Source: Podospora anserina (taxonomy: Eukaryota). Taken from it: DNA of 64,000 nucleotides. Both the position numbers and the translations under genes were made by a program. The stretch is taken from positions 868,001-932,000 of the forward strand of contig CM030338.1 in the NCBI GenBank assembly GCA_017654855.1. Direction: 5' to 3'. Shown here piece after piece: positions 25,136 through 37,920 of this stretch. How positions within the stretch are numbered: the stretch's first letter is position 1; each line of letters begins with the position of its first letter. The notes beneath the pieces were generated by a model. That model was not told where the DNA came from. It ran no database searches and saw only the letters and a program-made list of their open reading frames with translations.

Positions 25136-27320
25136 ATGTGGAACGACGATGAAGACAATAACCCCTACGGCGGAAGCTTTGAGCGCCGGGACTCGTTTGC
25201 TTCCTCCGCCAACCCTTCGTCCCCTATCACCCGAGATTGTAAGTAGTGCTGCTCTTGCTTCCACCACCTCCGACCCAGCCCTCTTGCCATGCTGCTGCCC
25301 TTTACTGCCATGCGAGAACTTCGAGATGGTGGGCCTTACCGACCTCGAGGATATCTCCCTCGAGTCACCGAGAAGCAGTACTGATGATAGTTCCGACTGG
25401 GTGATGATAGATCGATACGACCCCCCACAGACGCCATCTTCGACCGGCGATGAAGCTCCTCCACACCACGAGCATAGCGATCTAGAGAGCGATGAGGAGG
25501 ATTATGGCCATGATCAGGACGAGCTTGTGCCACGGCGGAAACCGGGGGGTTATGATAGTCGGGTGGAACAGATGCTTTATGAGCATCCGGATATGCCTAT
25601 TCTGATCACAGAGGCGGGGAAGAGCTCGGAGAATGGGAGATATATTGTTTATACCATCAAGACTGGGGTGAGTTTTGGTTCAAGCTTTGCTGGGAGCATT
25701 GGCATTACTAACATTTGCCTATAGGAGCTTATAGTGCGCAGACGATACTCCGAATTTGCCTCCCTGAGAGATGCCCTCACGAGACTACACCCAACACTTA
25801 TTATTCCGCCAATTCCAGAGAAGCACACCATGGCTGACTATGCCGCCAATCCTACCAATGCGAAGCAAGACCATCAAATAATCGACTTGAGAAAACGCAT
25901 GCTGGCCGTTTTCTTGAACCGCTGCAGACGTATGGATCAAGTTCGCACAGATGGCGTTTGGTGGCGGTTTCTCGATCCCAATTCCAGCTGGGTAGGCAAT
26001 TGGTGCGTTCAAACATGAGCACGTGCTAACAAGTATCGTAGAACGAGGTCCTGAACTCGCACCCTGTAGCTTCGATTCCCAAGTCTATCATGAAGGCACC
26101 ACCACTTGATCCCGCTAACCCGACTCCTGGGCATAACTATCTCCCAGTACCAGCCAGTTCGGCCAAGCTCCGCACTGGTCCAGCTACGTCCGCGGATGGT
26201 TCAACTGGTGCTCAGCCATTTGCGCGTTTCCCGCCAGAGAACGCCAACTTGAGCGAGCAGGAGCTTGATCCTTACTTTTTGGCCTTTGAAGCCTCCATCA
26301 AGGAACTCGAAACTCTGCTTACAGGACCGATGGAGAAGGTCAATAGGCGAACACTGGCCCATTTGTCCTCTTTGGCAATGGATCTGCAGGAGCTGGGTGC
26401 TAAATTCAATGCCTTTGCACTTTCGGACACAAACTCGCCGCTGGACCTATCAATTGAGAGAATAGGCCAAGCAGCGGACTCGTCTTACATCGCCACGGAA
26501 GAGCTGGCGAACTCTCTGGGGGCCAGCTTTGCTGAGCCCATGCGGGAGAATGCACAGTTTGCGGGAGTGATTCGTAGTGTGCTGAGATACAGGGTGTTGA
26601 AGAGGGTACAACAGGACATGACTACGGACGAGCTCAACAAGAAACGCGCGCTTCTGGATCAGCTGGAGCGCAGCGAGGCGGAAGCCAGGAGGATTGACCA
26701 GTACCTGAGCAGCAGCCAGCAGATCCAGCCTCCGAGACGATCGACCAGCACAAGAGAGCCCCAATCACAGCACCGTCGTGACGGCAGCAACGAAGACACG
26801 GCGTCGATTGATTCCGATTTTCCCCCTACTCATGCGGACATCGCGGCGGCACCATCTGCCAAGATTGGAGCGCCAGAGCGAGCCACGCCGGCCCCGGGCC
26901 ATAAGAAGGCACCGAGCAGCGGGATCTCTATTACGAACAAGATCTTTGGTCCGTTGCGCCATGCTGTCCAGGGTGTGGTGGACGCGGATCCGGAGAGGAC
27001 GAGACGGGACATGATTGGGAAGACGAGGGAGTCAATTCAGCAGCTGGAGCAGGCTCAGGTGGCGTCTGCACAGGATGTCAAGGATGCTAGCGCGAGTGTG
27101 CTGAAGGATCTGAAGAGGTTTCAGAAGGAGAAGGAGGATGATTTGAAGCGGTATATGGTGAGTGTCTTTTGTCTCTCTGGGAAGGGTATGGTCGTGGTGC
27201 TAATGACGTTTGTAGCTTGCGTATGCAAAGAGCCAAATCGAGTGGGCCAAGAAGAACAAGGAGACGTGGGAGGAGGCCAAGGTTGAGGTGGACAAGATTG
27301 ATGAGTCTTGGGTGCGGTAG
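25136..27320 (+). CDS. SNX41: PX-BAR sorting nexin of the Snx41/Atg20 group, 5 exons
   Basis: Exons 25136-25238 (MWNDDEDNNPYG), 25411-25667, 25725-25991, 26042-27157, 27216-27320, all GT-AG. PX motifs YIVYTI, VRRRYSEFASLR, IIPPIPEKH, RKRML; BAR-type coiled coils; ends ESWVR*. Confidence 0.88.
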
Positions 27321-28252
27321 GTGAAGGGAAAGAAGAGGACAGGAATCGGGAAAGGGAAGGAAAAGGAACTACAGATGATGCGCTGGCCAAGAAGGTTGGG
27401 GCGACGGCGCTTTAATGTATTGTATGGACTGCCAGGGTTTGGTAGAGCAGAGTTATGAATCAAGACTTGCGGTGCATTACTGCCATATTTCAGACATCGG
27501 TGCTAAGGGGTGTCAAGGAGTTTGTAGACTGTAGTGAGCTTGTCAGGTAGGTTTCTTTTTTTCTTCGCCCCGTCACAAGACGAGAACTGAGATCCAGCAA
27601 GTTATTTTGAGGACATAGCTGAGGATATGGGTGAGGACATGTTTGGACTTGGAGATAGGTTATGAATGACATCCGCCAGGCCAAGGAACAAGTACTGCGA
27701 CGCAAGTATAGGTGTAAAAAGATAGTGAAGAGGCGGCGAAGGATGAAGGATAGGCCTTTGGAATTATTAAAGGTGCATTAAAAGATAGTCAACAAGTCTT
27801 GAAAATGCTTTGTTAAGTTCAAGGCATAAGACTATCTTGAAATGCCTGTTAATTATCCTCGAGCCCTGTAGACCATCGTTAAACTCCTTCCCATTATCAT
27901 TCAGCGCAGATTCACTATCCTTCAATGCTATGTGTACACCTCAACTCTTTTGTCCTCGCCAACCCAAACTGAGAACCTCAACGACCAGCCCCCGCCCCAC
28001 CTTTTCTTAGCGCGTTTCTGGCAGGGGCCCCGGCGATAAGATAAAGCCACCCATTCACCCATTCCACCCACCTCCCTACAACCTGTGGTCGCATACAAGT
28101 ACCTCCTCCCGTCTCAAAAGAAAAGGAAGTTTTTAACGCAAGCAACGAACAACTCTCCCTCCCCTCGCCTCAGTTTCCCACGACGCGGCGGCGCAGAACG
28201 AATACCTTTGACGACGAAAGCCTACCTTCTATTACGCGACGACGAGCGAGCG

Positions 28253-29515
28253 ATGAGCACCATGCGCGACGACGCAGGACCCATAACCGACATATCCAAG
28301 CCCGGGGTGAAGCTCGACCACGAGTTTGTCCGGGGGCTGAGGCAGGATGTAGCACGGTTGCTGGGGAGGACGAACGACAAGTTCCCGGGAGCGCAGCCAG
28401 TTAGTTTTGCGAGGAGGCATATGGAGGAGTTGAGGAAGGAGGAGTAAGTCGTCCATGCATCCTGTGAGGTTGAATACTGACGGTTTGGGGGGGGGGGTTG
28501 GTTGTTTAGTTATTACGTCTGCGAAAAGTCTGACGGGATCCGGTATCTGCTATATCTCACCCAGGACGACCACGGACACGCATGCCACTACTTGATCGAC
28601 CGAAAGAATGATTACTGGTACATGGAGAAGAGAAACTTGCATTTCCCTCTCCCGAACGCGAGTCCGGCAGAGTTTCACGTCGACACGTTGATTGATGGGG
28701 AGTTGGTCTTTGACAAGGTCCCCGGGGGAGGGAAGGAGCCGAAATTCTTGGTGTTTGACCTTTTGTGTCTGGACGGCAAGGCAGATTTGCTTAGTAAATC
28801 GCTTGACAAGCGGCTGGGGTACTTTAAGGAGCATGTGATGAAGCCGTACAAGAAATTGTTTACGGAGTTCCCGCAGGAGCTCCCGTTTCAGGCGTTCAAG
28901 GTGGAGATGAAGGACATGCAGTTTAGCTATGGGATCGAGATGATGTTTCGGGAGGTGCTGCCGAAGCTGAAGCATGAGAATGACGGGTTGATTTTTACGT
29001 GCCGGACGACGCCGTATCAGTTTGGGACTGATCCGCACATTTTGAAGTGGAAGGCGCCGCATGACAACACGGTGGATTTTAGGTTGCGGTTGGTTTTTCC
29101 TACTGTTGAGCCGGATGAGGAGGAGCGGGCGGAGGGGATCACGAAACCGTTTGTGGATTATGATAGTCTGCCGGAGGCGAGGTTGTTGGTTTTTAAGGGG
29201 AGTGAGAGGGGGCAGCCGCAGTATGAGGAGTTTGGGGAGGGGCTGCATTTGAGTGAGGACGAGTGGGAGGAGCTGAAGAGCTGGGGAGATCCGTTGCAGA
29301 ATAGGGTGGTGGAGTGCTGCTTGGATGAGGAGAGGAGGTGGAGGTTGTATAGGTTTCGGGATGACAAGGCGGAGGCGAACCATGTTAGCACTGTTAGGAG
29401 TGTGTTGGATAGTATCAAGGATGGGGTGGGGGAGCAGGAGTTGATTGGGGCTGCGAAGGGGATCAAGGATGGGTGGAAGGCGAGGCAGCAAGGAGGTGGG
29501 GGTTATGGGCATTGA
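28253..29515 (+). CDS. CEG1: mRNA capping enzyme alpha subunit (guanylyltransferase)
   Basis: Exon 1 28253-28443 (FPGAQPVSF), intron 28444-28509, exon 2 with nucleotidyltransferase motifs [36 protein letters not shown]. An alternative ATG lies at 28262. Confidence 0.95.
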
Positions 29516-29946
29516 TTTTGAGAGAGACGGAAAAAGGGTTATTTGGATTTTTTTTTTGGAGGCATGTTAGAGCTTCCACGGAAGCATTTTTGGGTTTCTG
29601 TAACAGTAGCTGGCAAGGGAGCTATGGATTGAGATACCTGGCGCGCGTAGTAATTGGAATGAGGATTACATCTTGACTCCATGATTAGGGGACTTTGGAG
29701 CTGTGAGCTACGTTCCGCGTCGCATAGCAGCAGGATCTAAAAAAATGATGAGATAGAGATTGTTGGCAGCTGTTGGCGAGCTTGCCGAGACTGTTTCCAG
29801 AGCCAAGCAAGATGTCATGTCTACTTCAGCTCGGTAACATTTCGCAATTCAGGAGACAAAAAATTAAACCAGCTATCCAGTATCCAGTTCCAGATCGCTC
29901 AACTTGGAAAGAGTTGTGGTGATACGAAATTGGCAAAAGGAAAGTC

Positions 29947-30029
29947 CGACCCACGCGCGACTCGAACGCGCAATCTTCAGAGCGATTTCATAACCGAAAT
30001 CTGACGCCTTACCATTTGGCCAGCGGGCC
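29947..30029 (-). tRNA. tRNA-Arg(UCG) with 11-nt intron
   Basis: Minus strand GGCCCGC TGGCCAAATGGTAAGGC G TCAGA TTTCGG [ttatgaaatcg] C TCTGA AGATT GCGCG TTCGAGT CGCGC GTGGGTC G. All four stems pair; intron at the canonical 37/38 position; T-run downstream. Confidence 0.93.
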
Positions 30030-31143
30030 TTTGAACTTGTGATATTGTGGCGAGCGAAACTTGGCACCATGATTGACGCTAATTTGTAGATCCCTGGCTG
30101 TTTGCGACCATTTACTGGACAACACATTACCCCTCCTTCCTTTCTTGGAGCTTCTGCTGTGGGCAGCGATGCCAACTCTATTTGTAGCCGCAGGAAACCC
30201 TTCTCCAGGTTTTGCTAACCACACAGAAGCTCTGGAAGTTCCGGATCTTCCGCTGTTTGTTAAAAAGGTCTTGACCGGGTTTTCGGGTCATGATGCGGGA
30301 TGTAATGTGCGTGCCTTGCGCACCCGCGAGCGAGCGAAAGGGGGATTATCCAGACTCCTTCCCCTTTTGTGTTGCTATGCAACTTTGATCTCGTCTTTTT
30401 TTTAACCGCACTTCCAAGACTTGCAAGACAGACGGTTTAGGTCATGACCTCCGCTTCGGCAAAGATGCGAACCAGGTCGACGTCGGCAGTGAAGCCCTCG
30501 CAGAGTGTGCGGAGGTGACATGCCGCGATCGTTTGCGGAATGGCGCTCGGCAAGCCGGGAGGCTTAACCCAGGAACGTGGCCTGGGCGTGTAGCATCGGG
30601 CCGTCCTGACAAGGGCGCCATCTTGCTTCCAAGATTCTTTCCTGGACTGCCTTTTTGACACTCTGCCGCTTGATCGCGGCTACGCTGCTTTGCGCGCGTG
30701 GGGAACGACAACCCTGCAATCTTCGGGACATCTATTTGCGACGTCAACGGTCCGCCGCTTGTCGACTTCTTGTTTGGACGACCAACGGAGGCGGAGAGAG
30801 AGCAGGTAAGCAGGCGGCGGCAACCTCGGAGGTCTCGGTCATACTGGCCTTGGGTGAGCATGTTTAGTCACGGTCACGGTCAGCGGATCGAGATGGTATT
30901 TTCGAATCTCATGTAGCCCTCTCGCCTCTACTGTCCCCCTCCCCCGGTGCCCCTCCCTTCTCCGGACCGTCCTCCACCCAATCCTGTGTCTGGAAAAGTA
31001 AGCTTACCTCTGCCATAGCGTATTCTCGCCCCCAGTTGCTGATCCCCACCGCTCCAGATCCAGATCCAGGACCATAGAGCCCGAAGGAGTCCTTTGCCTG
31101 ATTCCCGGATGGACGCCCACTGTTACATCCAAGACCGCAATAA

Positions 31144-31160
31144 CGGACAGGGTGCCGCCG
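31144..31160. promoter_or_regulatory. CGG-N11-CCG site (CLR-2/ClrB-type Zn2Cys6 motif) about 290 bp upstream of cdh, next to an SYGGRG (CreA/CRE-1-type) hexamer at 31171-31176
   Basis: CGG acagggtgccg CCG and CCGGGG read directly. Function is inferred from known cellulase regulation in Neurospora. Confidence 0.5.
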
Positions 31161-31438
31161 CGTCCACCTACCGGGGAATTTTCAATCCAAGCCATCACGC
31201 TCCTCATTTGCCTTCTGTTGCTTCCGACTTCCCGTCTGTGAAGGGCCTCCGTAATGCGGGTGGGCACGTGTGATGCGGACGGGGGGGGTGCTGTTGATAT
31301 TTTAGGGGCCATGATCATGGCCAGCAAACGAAGGTTTAAGTAGGGGCGGTATGCCACGCTGGGTGCTGCTTTCCTCTCTTCCCTTCCCTCCTTGCACTCC
31401 AGCAGCCAGGACAAGGTGACATTGTGGCGTCTGTCAAG

Positions 31439-33999
31439 ATGAGGTCTGCCTCTAGGTTTCTCGGTGCCCTCGCGGCGGTGGCTTCGCTGCCGTCTGCGTT
31501 TGGCCAAAACAACGTGCCCAACACCTTCACTGACGCGGAGACGGGTATTGTCTTCAACTCCTGGGGCATTCCCAATGGCAGCCCTCAGTCCCAAGGTGGG
31601 TGGACCTTTGGTATGGCCCTTCCCTCGGACGCCCTTTCCACGGACGCTACCGAGTTCATCGGTTACTTGGTATGAAGACCCCTTAACCCCTGATGCCTAT
31701 GGCTATGGCTTTCTCAGAAACTAACTCGGTGTAGGAATGTGCTTCCAAGGATGCGGCTGGCTGGTGCGGTTTCTCCCTCGCCGGTCCCATGACCAACTCC
31801 CTCCTCATCACCGCTTGGCCACATGAGGACACCGTCTACACCACCCTTCGGTACGCCGGTGGCTACGCCATGCCCGACAAGTACGCCGGCAACGCCGAGA
31901 TCACCCAGATCCGCTCCAGCCAAAACTCCACACACTTCTCCCTGGTTTTCAGGTGCAAGAACTGCTTGCAATGGGATCACAACGGCTCAACCGGTGGGGC
32001 CTCGACCAGCGGCGGCTTCTTGGTTCTTGGCTGGGTTCAGGCTTTCCCCTCGCCTGGCAACCCGACTTGCCCTGATCAGATCACCCTCGAGCAGCACGAC
32101 AACGGTATGGGCATCTGGGGCGCCGTTCTCGACGAGAATGTTGCCAACCCATCCTACACTGCCTGGGCTGCTCAGGCTACCAAGACCGTCACTGGCGACT
32201 GCGGTGGTCCCGTTGAGACCGGTATCATCGGTGTGCCTGTTCCTACTGGCACCGCCTTTGACTACATTGTCGTTGGTGGTGGTGCCGGTGGTATCCCCAC
32301 CGCTGATAAGCTCAGCGAGTCTGGCAAGAGCGTTCTCCTTATCGAGAAGGGTATTGCCTCCACTGGCGAGCACGGCGGTACCTTGAAGCCCAAATGGCTT
32401 GAGGGCACTCAACTCACCCGCTTCGATGTCCCCGGTCTTTGCAACCAGATCTGGGTTGACAGCAACGGTATTGCTTGCACTGATACCGACCAGATGGCCG
32501 GTTGCGTCCTCGGTGGTGGCACTGCTATCAACGCTGGTCTCTGGTTCAAGCCTTACTCTCTCGACTGGGACTACCTCTTCCCTACCGGCTGGAAGGCCAA
32601 GGACGTTGCTGGCGCCATCAGCAGGGTCTTTTCCCGCATTCCCGGCACTGACACGCCTTCCCAGGATGGTCAGCGTTACCTCCAGCAAGGTTTCAATGTC
32701 CTTGCTGGCGGTCTCCGGGCTGCTGGCTGGCAGCAGGTCACGGCTAACAACGCCCCTGACCGCAAGAACCGCACCTTCTCCAACACCCCTTACATGTTCT
32801 CCGGTGGTCAGCGTGGCGGCCCCTTGGCTACCTACCTTCGCACCGCCAAGACCCGCCCCAACTTCAACCTCTGGCTCAACACCGTCGTCAAGCGTGTGAT
32901 CCGCACCGACGGCCACATTACCGCCGTTGAGGTCGAGCCCTTCAGAGATGGTGGCTACAAGGGTATCGTCAAGGTCAAGGACGTCACCGGCCGTGTCGTT
33001 CTCTCTGCCGGTACTTTCGGCAGTGCCAAGATCCTCCTCCGCTCCGGTATTGGTCCCGCCGACCAGCTCGAGATCGTCAAGAACTCGGTCCTCGACGGCC
33101 CTGACTTCATCAACAACGCCTCGTGGATCAACCTCCCCGTTGGCTACAACTTGGATGACCACCTCAACACCGACACCGTCATCAGCCACAACAACGTCGG
33201 CCCTGCCTTCTACGACTTCTACCAGGCCTGGACCGCCCCCAACACCACCGACGCCAACAAGTACCTCTCCTCCCGCTCTGGCATTCTCGCCCAGTCGGCC
33301 CCCAACATTGGCCCCATGTTCTGGGAGGAGATCAAGGGCGCCGACGGCAAGGTCAGACAGCTCCAGTGGACCGCCCGTGTCGAGGGCTCCTTTGACGTCC
33401 CCAACGGCTACGCCATGACCATGTCCCAGTACCTCGGCCGCGGCGCCACCTCGCGCGGCCGCATGACCATCACCCCCTCCCTCACCACCATCGTCTCCGA
33501 CGTCCCCTACCTCAAGGACCCCAACGACAAGGAGGCCGTCATCACTGGCCTGAACAACCTCCGCGCCGCCCTCAACAACGTCCAGGGCCTGACATGGAAC
33601 TACCCCCCCGCGTCCATGTCCTCGCGCGAGTACGTCGACGCCATCCCCGTCACCCCCGGCGTCCGCCGCGCCAACCACTGGATGGGCACCAACAAGATTG
33701 GCACCGACGACGGCCGCCTCGGCGGTACTGCGGTTGTGGACCTCAACACCAAGGTGTATGGCACCGATAACTTGTTTGTTGTTGATGCGTCCATCTTCCC
33801 TGGTACTCCCGCTACCAACCCGAGCAGTTATATCGTTACTGCTGCTGAGCACGCCTCTGCCAAAATTTTGGCGCTGCCGCCTGCGCAGGTGAATGCCAAG
33901 TGGGCGCAGTGCGGGGGGAAGAACTGGACGGGGAGCTTCCAGTGCGCTGCGGGGAGCACGTGCCAGAGGCAGAATGATTGGTATAGTCAGTGCCTTTAA
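31439..33999 (+). CDS. cdh: Secreted cellobiose dehydrogenase, class IIA (cytochrome b domain + GMC flavin domain + C-terminal CBM1)
   Basis: Signal peptide [22 protein letters not shown]; intron 31670-31734; heme ligand contexts GPMTNSLL and LEQHD; FAD motif [11 protein letters not shown]; catalytic RANHWMGT and TNP; CBM1 [32 protein letters not shown]. Confidence 0.97.
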
Positions 34000-34691
34000 A
34001 GGTTGAGGGGGTGATACCCTAGGGGAAGGAAACCGGGGGGTTGGGATGGGGGGGTGGTTGCATTCTTTGTGAATAGTTATTTCTTTTGGTATATATCTCG
34101 CATGTGCATATAACAAATGTTGTTCATACTTAAAACCGTGCTCTTATGACTTCTGTGATAATGTCTTGATGCTCTGGGTCCTGAAACTAGTGGCGTTTCT
34201 CCCTACAAAAGACGACAGGTTTTACGAGTCAAAATAAGGCATGTTTCAAAACAGCCTGGTTGAACCTCCTCGAATCGCCAACACCACCACCCTCCCTGTC
34301 ACTATCTGGTCATTAGCAGAGAACTTTGCGTGATAACGGGCACCCGACCTCCATCTTGAAGTTTTATCCATTGGAAAGTAGAGTATCGCAGGGCAAACGT
34401 GTCTCGTACAACTCTCTTATCTAGAGGAAATCCTTTGGTATTTTTTCCACAACCGACTGAGAGTGCAATACAAAGTAAATATTCATTCACGTCACACGGA
34501 TAAGGTAGCTCGATTTATCCATCAACCGCAGTGTTTTATTTGGAAAAAGCCCACGTAATCACCTTTCGAAGTCATTACCCATTTGATTTCCGTTTGAAAA
34601 TCCTGATAATCATTCCATAGCTGCCCATGTGTTCCCCAAATCTCTCCCCATGTAAAGAAACAAATCAAGGCCATCTCTCCTCTACATAAAC

Positions 34692-37023
34692 TCAAATCGA
34701 AGGACGACTATACGTACGCCCCTCATAAAAACTTGCCCCTCTCATACGCCCATCATTCCGCTGCTGTTCAGCCTTGACCGGCTGTCTAGGAGCCCGGAGA
34801 CCAGGCTGAATCCGAGCCGGTGAACCTTGGGCAGACTGAGGAGATCCGCGATAGTAACTCTTCTCTACCAACTCCAACCGATGGAACACCGCCGTCATCT
34901 GATTACGGAGGATTCCGTTCTCCTCCTCTACTACCCGTAACCTCTCCTTCATTGCTCCATGCTCGTTGGTGACCTCTTCCATCTGGTTCTCGAATTTGAG
35001 GATCTTGCTCACGGCCGCATTATGCCTGTTGACGAGATCTACTAGCATTTCCTTCTCGATTTTGTCTTCCCCTTTGTCGTCCCCCAAAGTCTCAACGGTC
35101 TTGCCCACCTTCGCGGGTGATGTCTCAGACCCCTTGGGGGGAGATGGTAGGTTGACCTGCTCGGCGGTGTCGACATGCTGTACAGTTTTCTGCTTCTTTC
35201 TTGGCGCCACCGAAGTGGCATCATCATCATCCTCCGTGTCCTCTTGAAGCTGCCTCTTCCCTAGGGTACTGGGCATAATATCCCGCAGTACCTCCTTTAC
35301 AGGATCCATCATCTCTTTCTTCAGCATCGGCCAGCAGTTTACTGCTGTGCTCGGCGGTGGTTGGGGGGCCGGTGGTGTCTGCTGGTGTGTGATACTGGTG
35401 TTGCGATGCTCATTCTGGGTTTCTCCAATCCGTTCGCTCTGTGAGTCTTGCTTCTCACGCATTTTCTCCTGATGCTTCTCCTCCTCCTGACGCTTCTCCC
35501 TCTTGCGTTTTACATCCAGACGTCTCCTCTCCTGGAGTTTCTCCTCCTGAGCCCTCTCCTCCTGGACCCTCTCCTCCTGAACTCTCTCCTCCTGAACCCT
35601 CTCCTGAAGCTGCGTCTCTTTCTGTCCCACCTCCATTTCCTCAACTACCCCAACCTCCTCTTGTACCACCACTCCATCCCCACCCTCCAGGCTATTCTCC
35701 GAACACACAGACCCCTCTTCCACAACCTCCCGCCAGCTCCCACTAACAACCACCTCCCTTACCAACTCCGTCAAATCATCCTCAAACCCCAGCGGCAACA
35801 CCTTCCCCTTAGTCACCTTCATGTACAACACTCTCCATACTGCATCAAAAATCCTCGCCCCCTTCCAAAACTCCGGAACCTTCTCCCATCCTTCGCCCGT
35901 CGGCTCCACAGTCTCGACATAATCGTGGTCAAAAATCCACCCCAGCTGAACCCCCTCGTCCTCAAAAGCCCTCGTGATAAAACGCGGCATCCCACCCCAG
36001 CTCCTCTTCTCGACGACCTCAATGGCGAAAAGTTCAGACCGGGTGCCCAGCCATGGCATCTTCCCGTTGGTGTTGCAGGCCTCGCGCCAGGTGGCGTGGT
36101 TGGCTCGCCAGGTCTTGACAAGGGGGGCTGTCTCGCGGGTCGCGCGGCGGATGGGGAGCTTGTAGGTTTTGCCGTTGGTGAGGGGAAGACGTGCGAGCTG
36201 TCGAGCTGTTTCGCGGAGGTTGAGCCATTTTGGAATGGTAGGGGCAATATTGGAGAACTTAGAAAGGCGGTACTGAGATTCGAAATGGTTGGTGATCAGT
36301 TTGACCGAGAGGTGAGATTCTTTGAGAGCGCTGAGGCGGGCTTTCATGGTGGAGCGATTGCTCTTGGTGGTTGAGACGGAGTCTGTTGAGGTGGAAGGAG
36401 TGACGGAGGGGGAAGGAGCGTGGAAAGCGGAAGGAGCGACAAAGTGGGAAGGAGCAGCAGAGGTGGAAGGAACAGCAGAGCTGGAAGGAACAGCAGATGT
36501 GGAAGGAGCGACGTAAGTGGAAAGAGCGGGCGTGAAAGGGTACATGGGGTTTGAGTGGTCCATAGAGGCCGATTGTTTAATTCTGGTGGTGGCTCGAGGA
36601 GTTGGCGGTTGGATAACGTTCATGGCCGGAAACTGGATCAATGGCGAGGGCTCGTTTGTGTTTCTAATCATCTTCCGGTCATCATCAGAATCCATATAGG
36701 GTGGTGTGCTCGACTCCGGACCTTCGATGGAGGCCGCAGGAGTGTCCCGGTCGGAAATGTCGTCCATAACTGGAGGGGACGTGGCTGAAAACGCCGGGTG
36801 CGGTGTATCTCCACGTTTGGTTCTGACTGGAGGTATTGTCGGAGGGTGTGGCTCGGGAGCTACGCTGGGTTCTGAGATTTGCCGTTGCTGGACTTTCGAT
36901 GGCAATTGGTCAGGTACGGGTGAAGGATTCTCGGTAGGTTTGAAGACAGAATCTGAGTACCCGCCAGACCAAGTTGACCAGCCGCCAGGGAAAATCTTGG
37001 AACCCACTCTGAGAATTCTGCAT
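34692..37023 (-). CDS. Orphan/hypothetical protein, probably nuclear (NLS-like PRKKQK), with internal peptide repeats and C-terminal coiled coil
   Basis: 771-codon open frame. The ORF-track start is GTG; a more plausible start is ATG 37023 (MQNSQ...) joined by a short intron with a CCTGAC branch near 36910. Exact 5' structure is uncertain. Confidence 0.6.
35525..35610 (-). repeat. 15-bp coding minisatellite encoding (QEERV)n
   Basis: About 5 copies of ccctctcctcctgaa-like units on +; protein QERVQEERVQEERVQEERAQEEKLQE. Confidence 0.85.
36390..36515 (-). repeat. 18-bp coding minisatellite encoding (PSTSAV)-like hexapeptides
   Basis: Repeated gtggaaggaacagcagag-like units on +; protein VAPSTSAVPSSSAVPSTSAAPSHFVAPSAFHAPS. 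Confidence 0.8.
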
Positions 37024-37920
37024 CGTGGTGCTCAAGATCGAAGGTCTTTGGAAAGGGCTGAGATAATATTTTATGGGATGGGGATCTATCGACAGTGCTC
37101 GCTCTCGGTCGCTGTCGAAGGTTGCTCTTGCTTGGGGCAGATTGTCGACGAGTGAGATTTGTTGAAGGGAACCCTCTGGCAAGAATTGGGATTGAAGGAG
37201 AGAGAAACATTTGTCGATTGATCTCGTCCTAAAGAAAGTTAGAAGGAAAGCACGACCTCGACATGTATATGGGGTGGCTTGGGTGCTTCCAATTGACCAT
37301 TTATTTAGTATTGTCGACAGACTCAACCGGCATCTTTCGATGCCTCAGGCCCATTTTGGTCGTCCTATTGTCATGATCCAGACAGCCGACTCGAAATGTC
37401 ACTATCAATAAGTTAATTATATTCAAGTTAATCTAGTCCTATTGTAAGCACCACTCTTCTGAGTCTGTAAGTCTGCCTACCAAAACAAGTATCACTGCTG
37501 CTTGAACCTGAGCCTCACCACCCCCTTTTCTCCCCCAAACGCCAGAAATATGGGTCCAAACTCAGGGGCTTCTTGGCACCCTCCCCCGACCACACCCAAC
37601 CCTAACCCCCTCTCTTCTTACCACCCATTCCCTGAAGTCCGCCCTTTCGGACCCAGACATCTAACCGCATTGGAAGCGACACCCGAATTCATCTATTCCA
37701 AACCTTGGCAACAGTTCTGTCCTCTTTTCTTCTCATCTTCTCCTCTTCTGTCGACATCTCGCACCCATTTGTTGTTTTTCTTTTTCTTTTTTCAACTCCT
37801 CGAATCGTGAAACGGTCTCGTCTCAACGGTTATCCCCACTTTTCACCACTTCAAAGGCAGGGATATCCATTTCCACGCGACTTACACATTCAATGTCCTC
37901 CTGAAAAAGAGAGAGGCAGA

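Noticed and set aside
28085..28252. Non-AUG N-terminal extensions suggested by the ORF track (CEG1; also 21104, 37705, 55668, 59831)
   Set aside because: Artefacts of bacterial-style GTG/TTG start calling; better ATGs lie downstream.
28550..29512. 320-aa antisense ORF opposite CEG1
   Set aside because: P/L/H-rich mirror of G-rich sense codons.
31987..34116. 709-aa antisense ORF opposite cdh
   Set aside because: Shadow of strong C-ending codon bias; V/G/D-rich with no motif.
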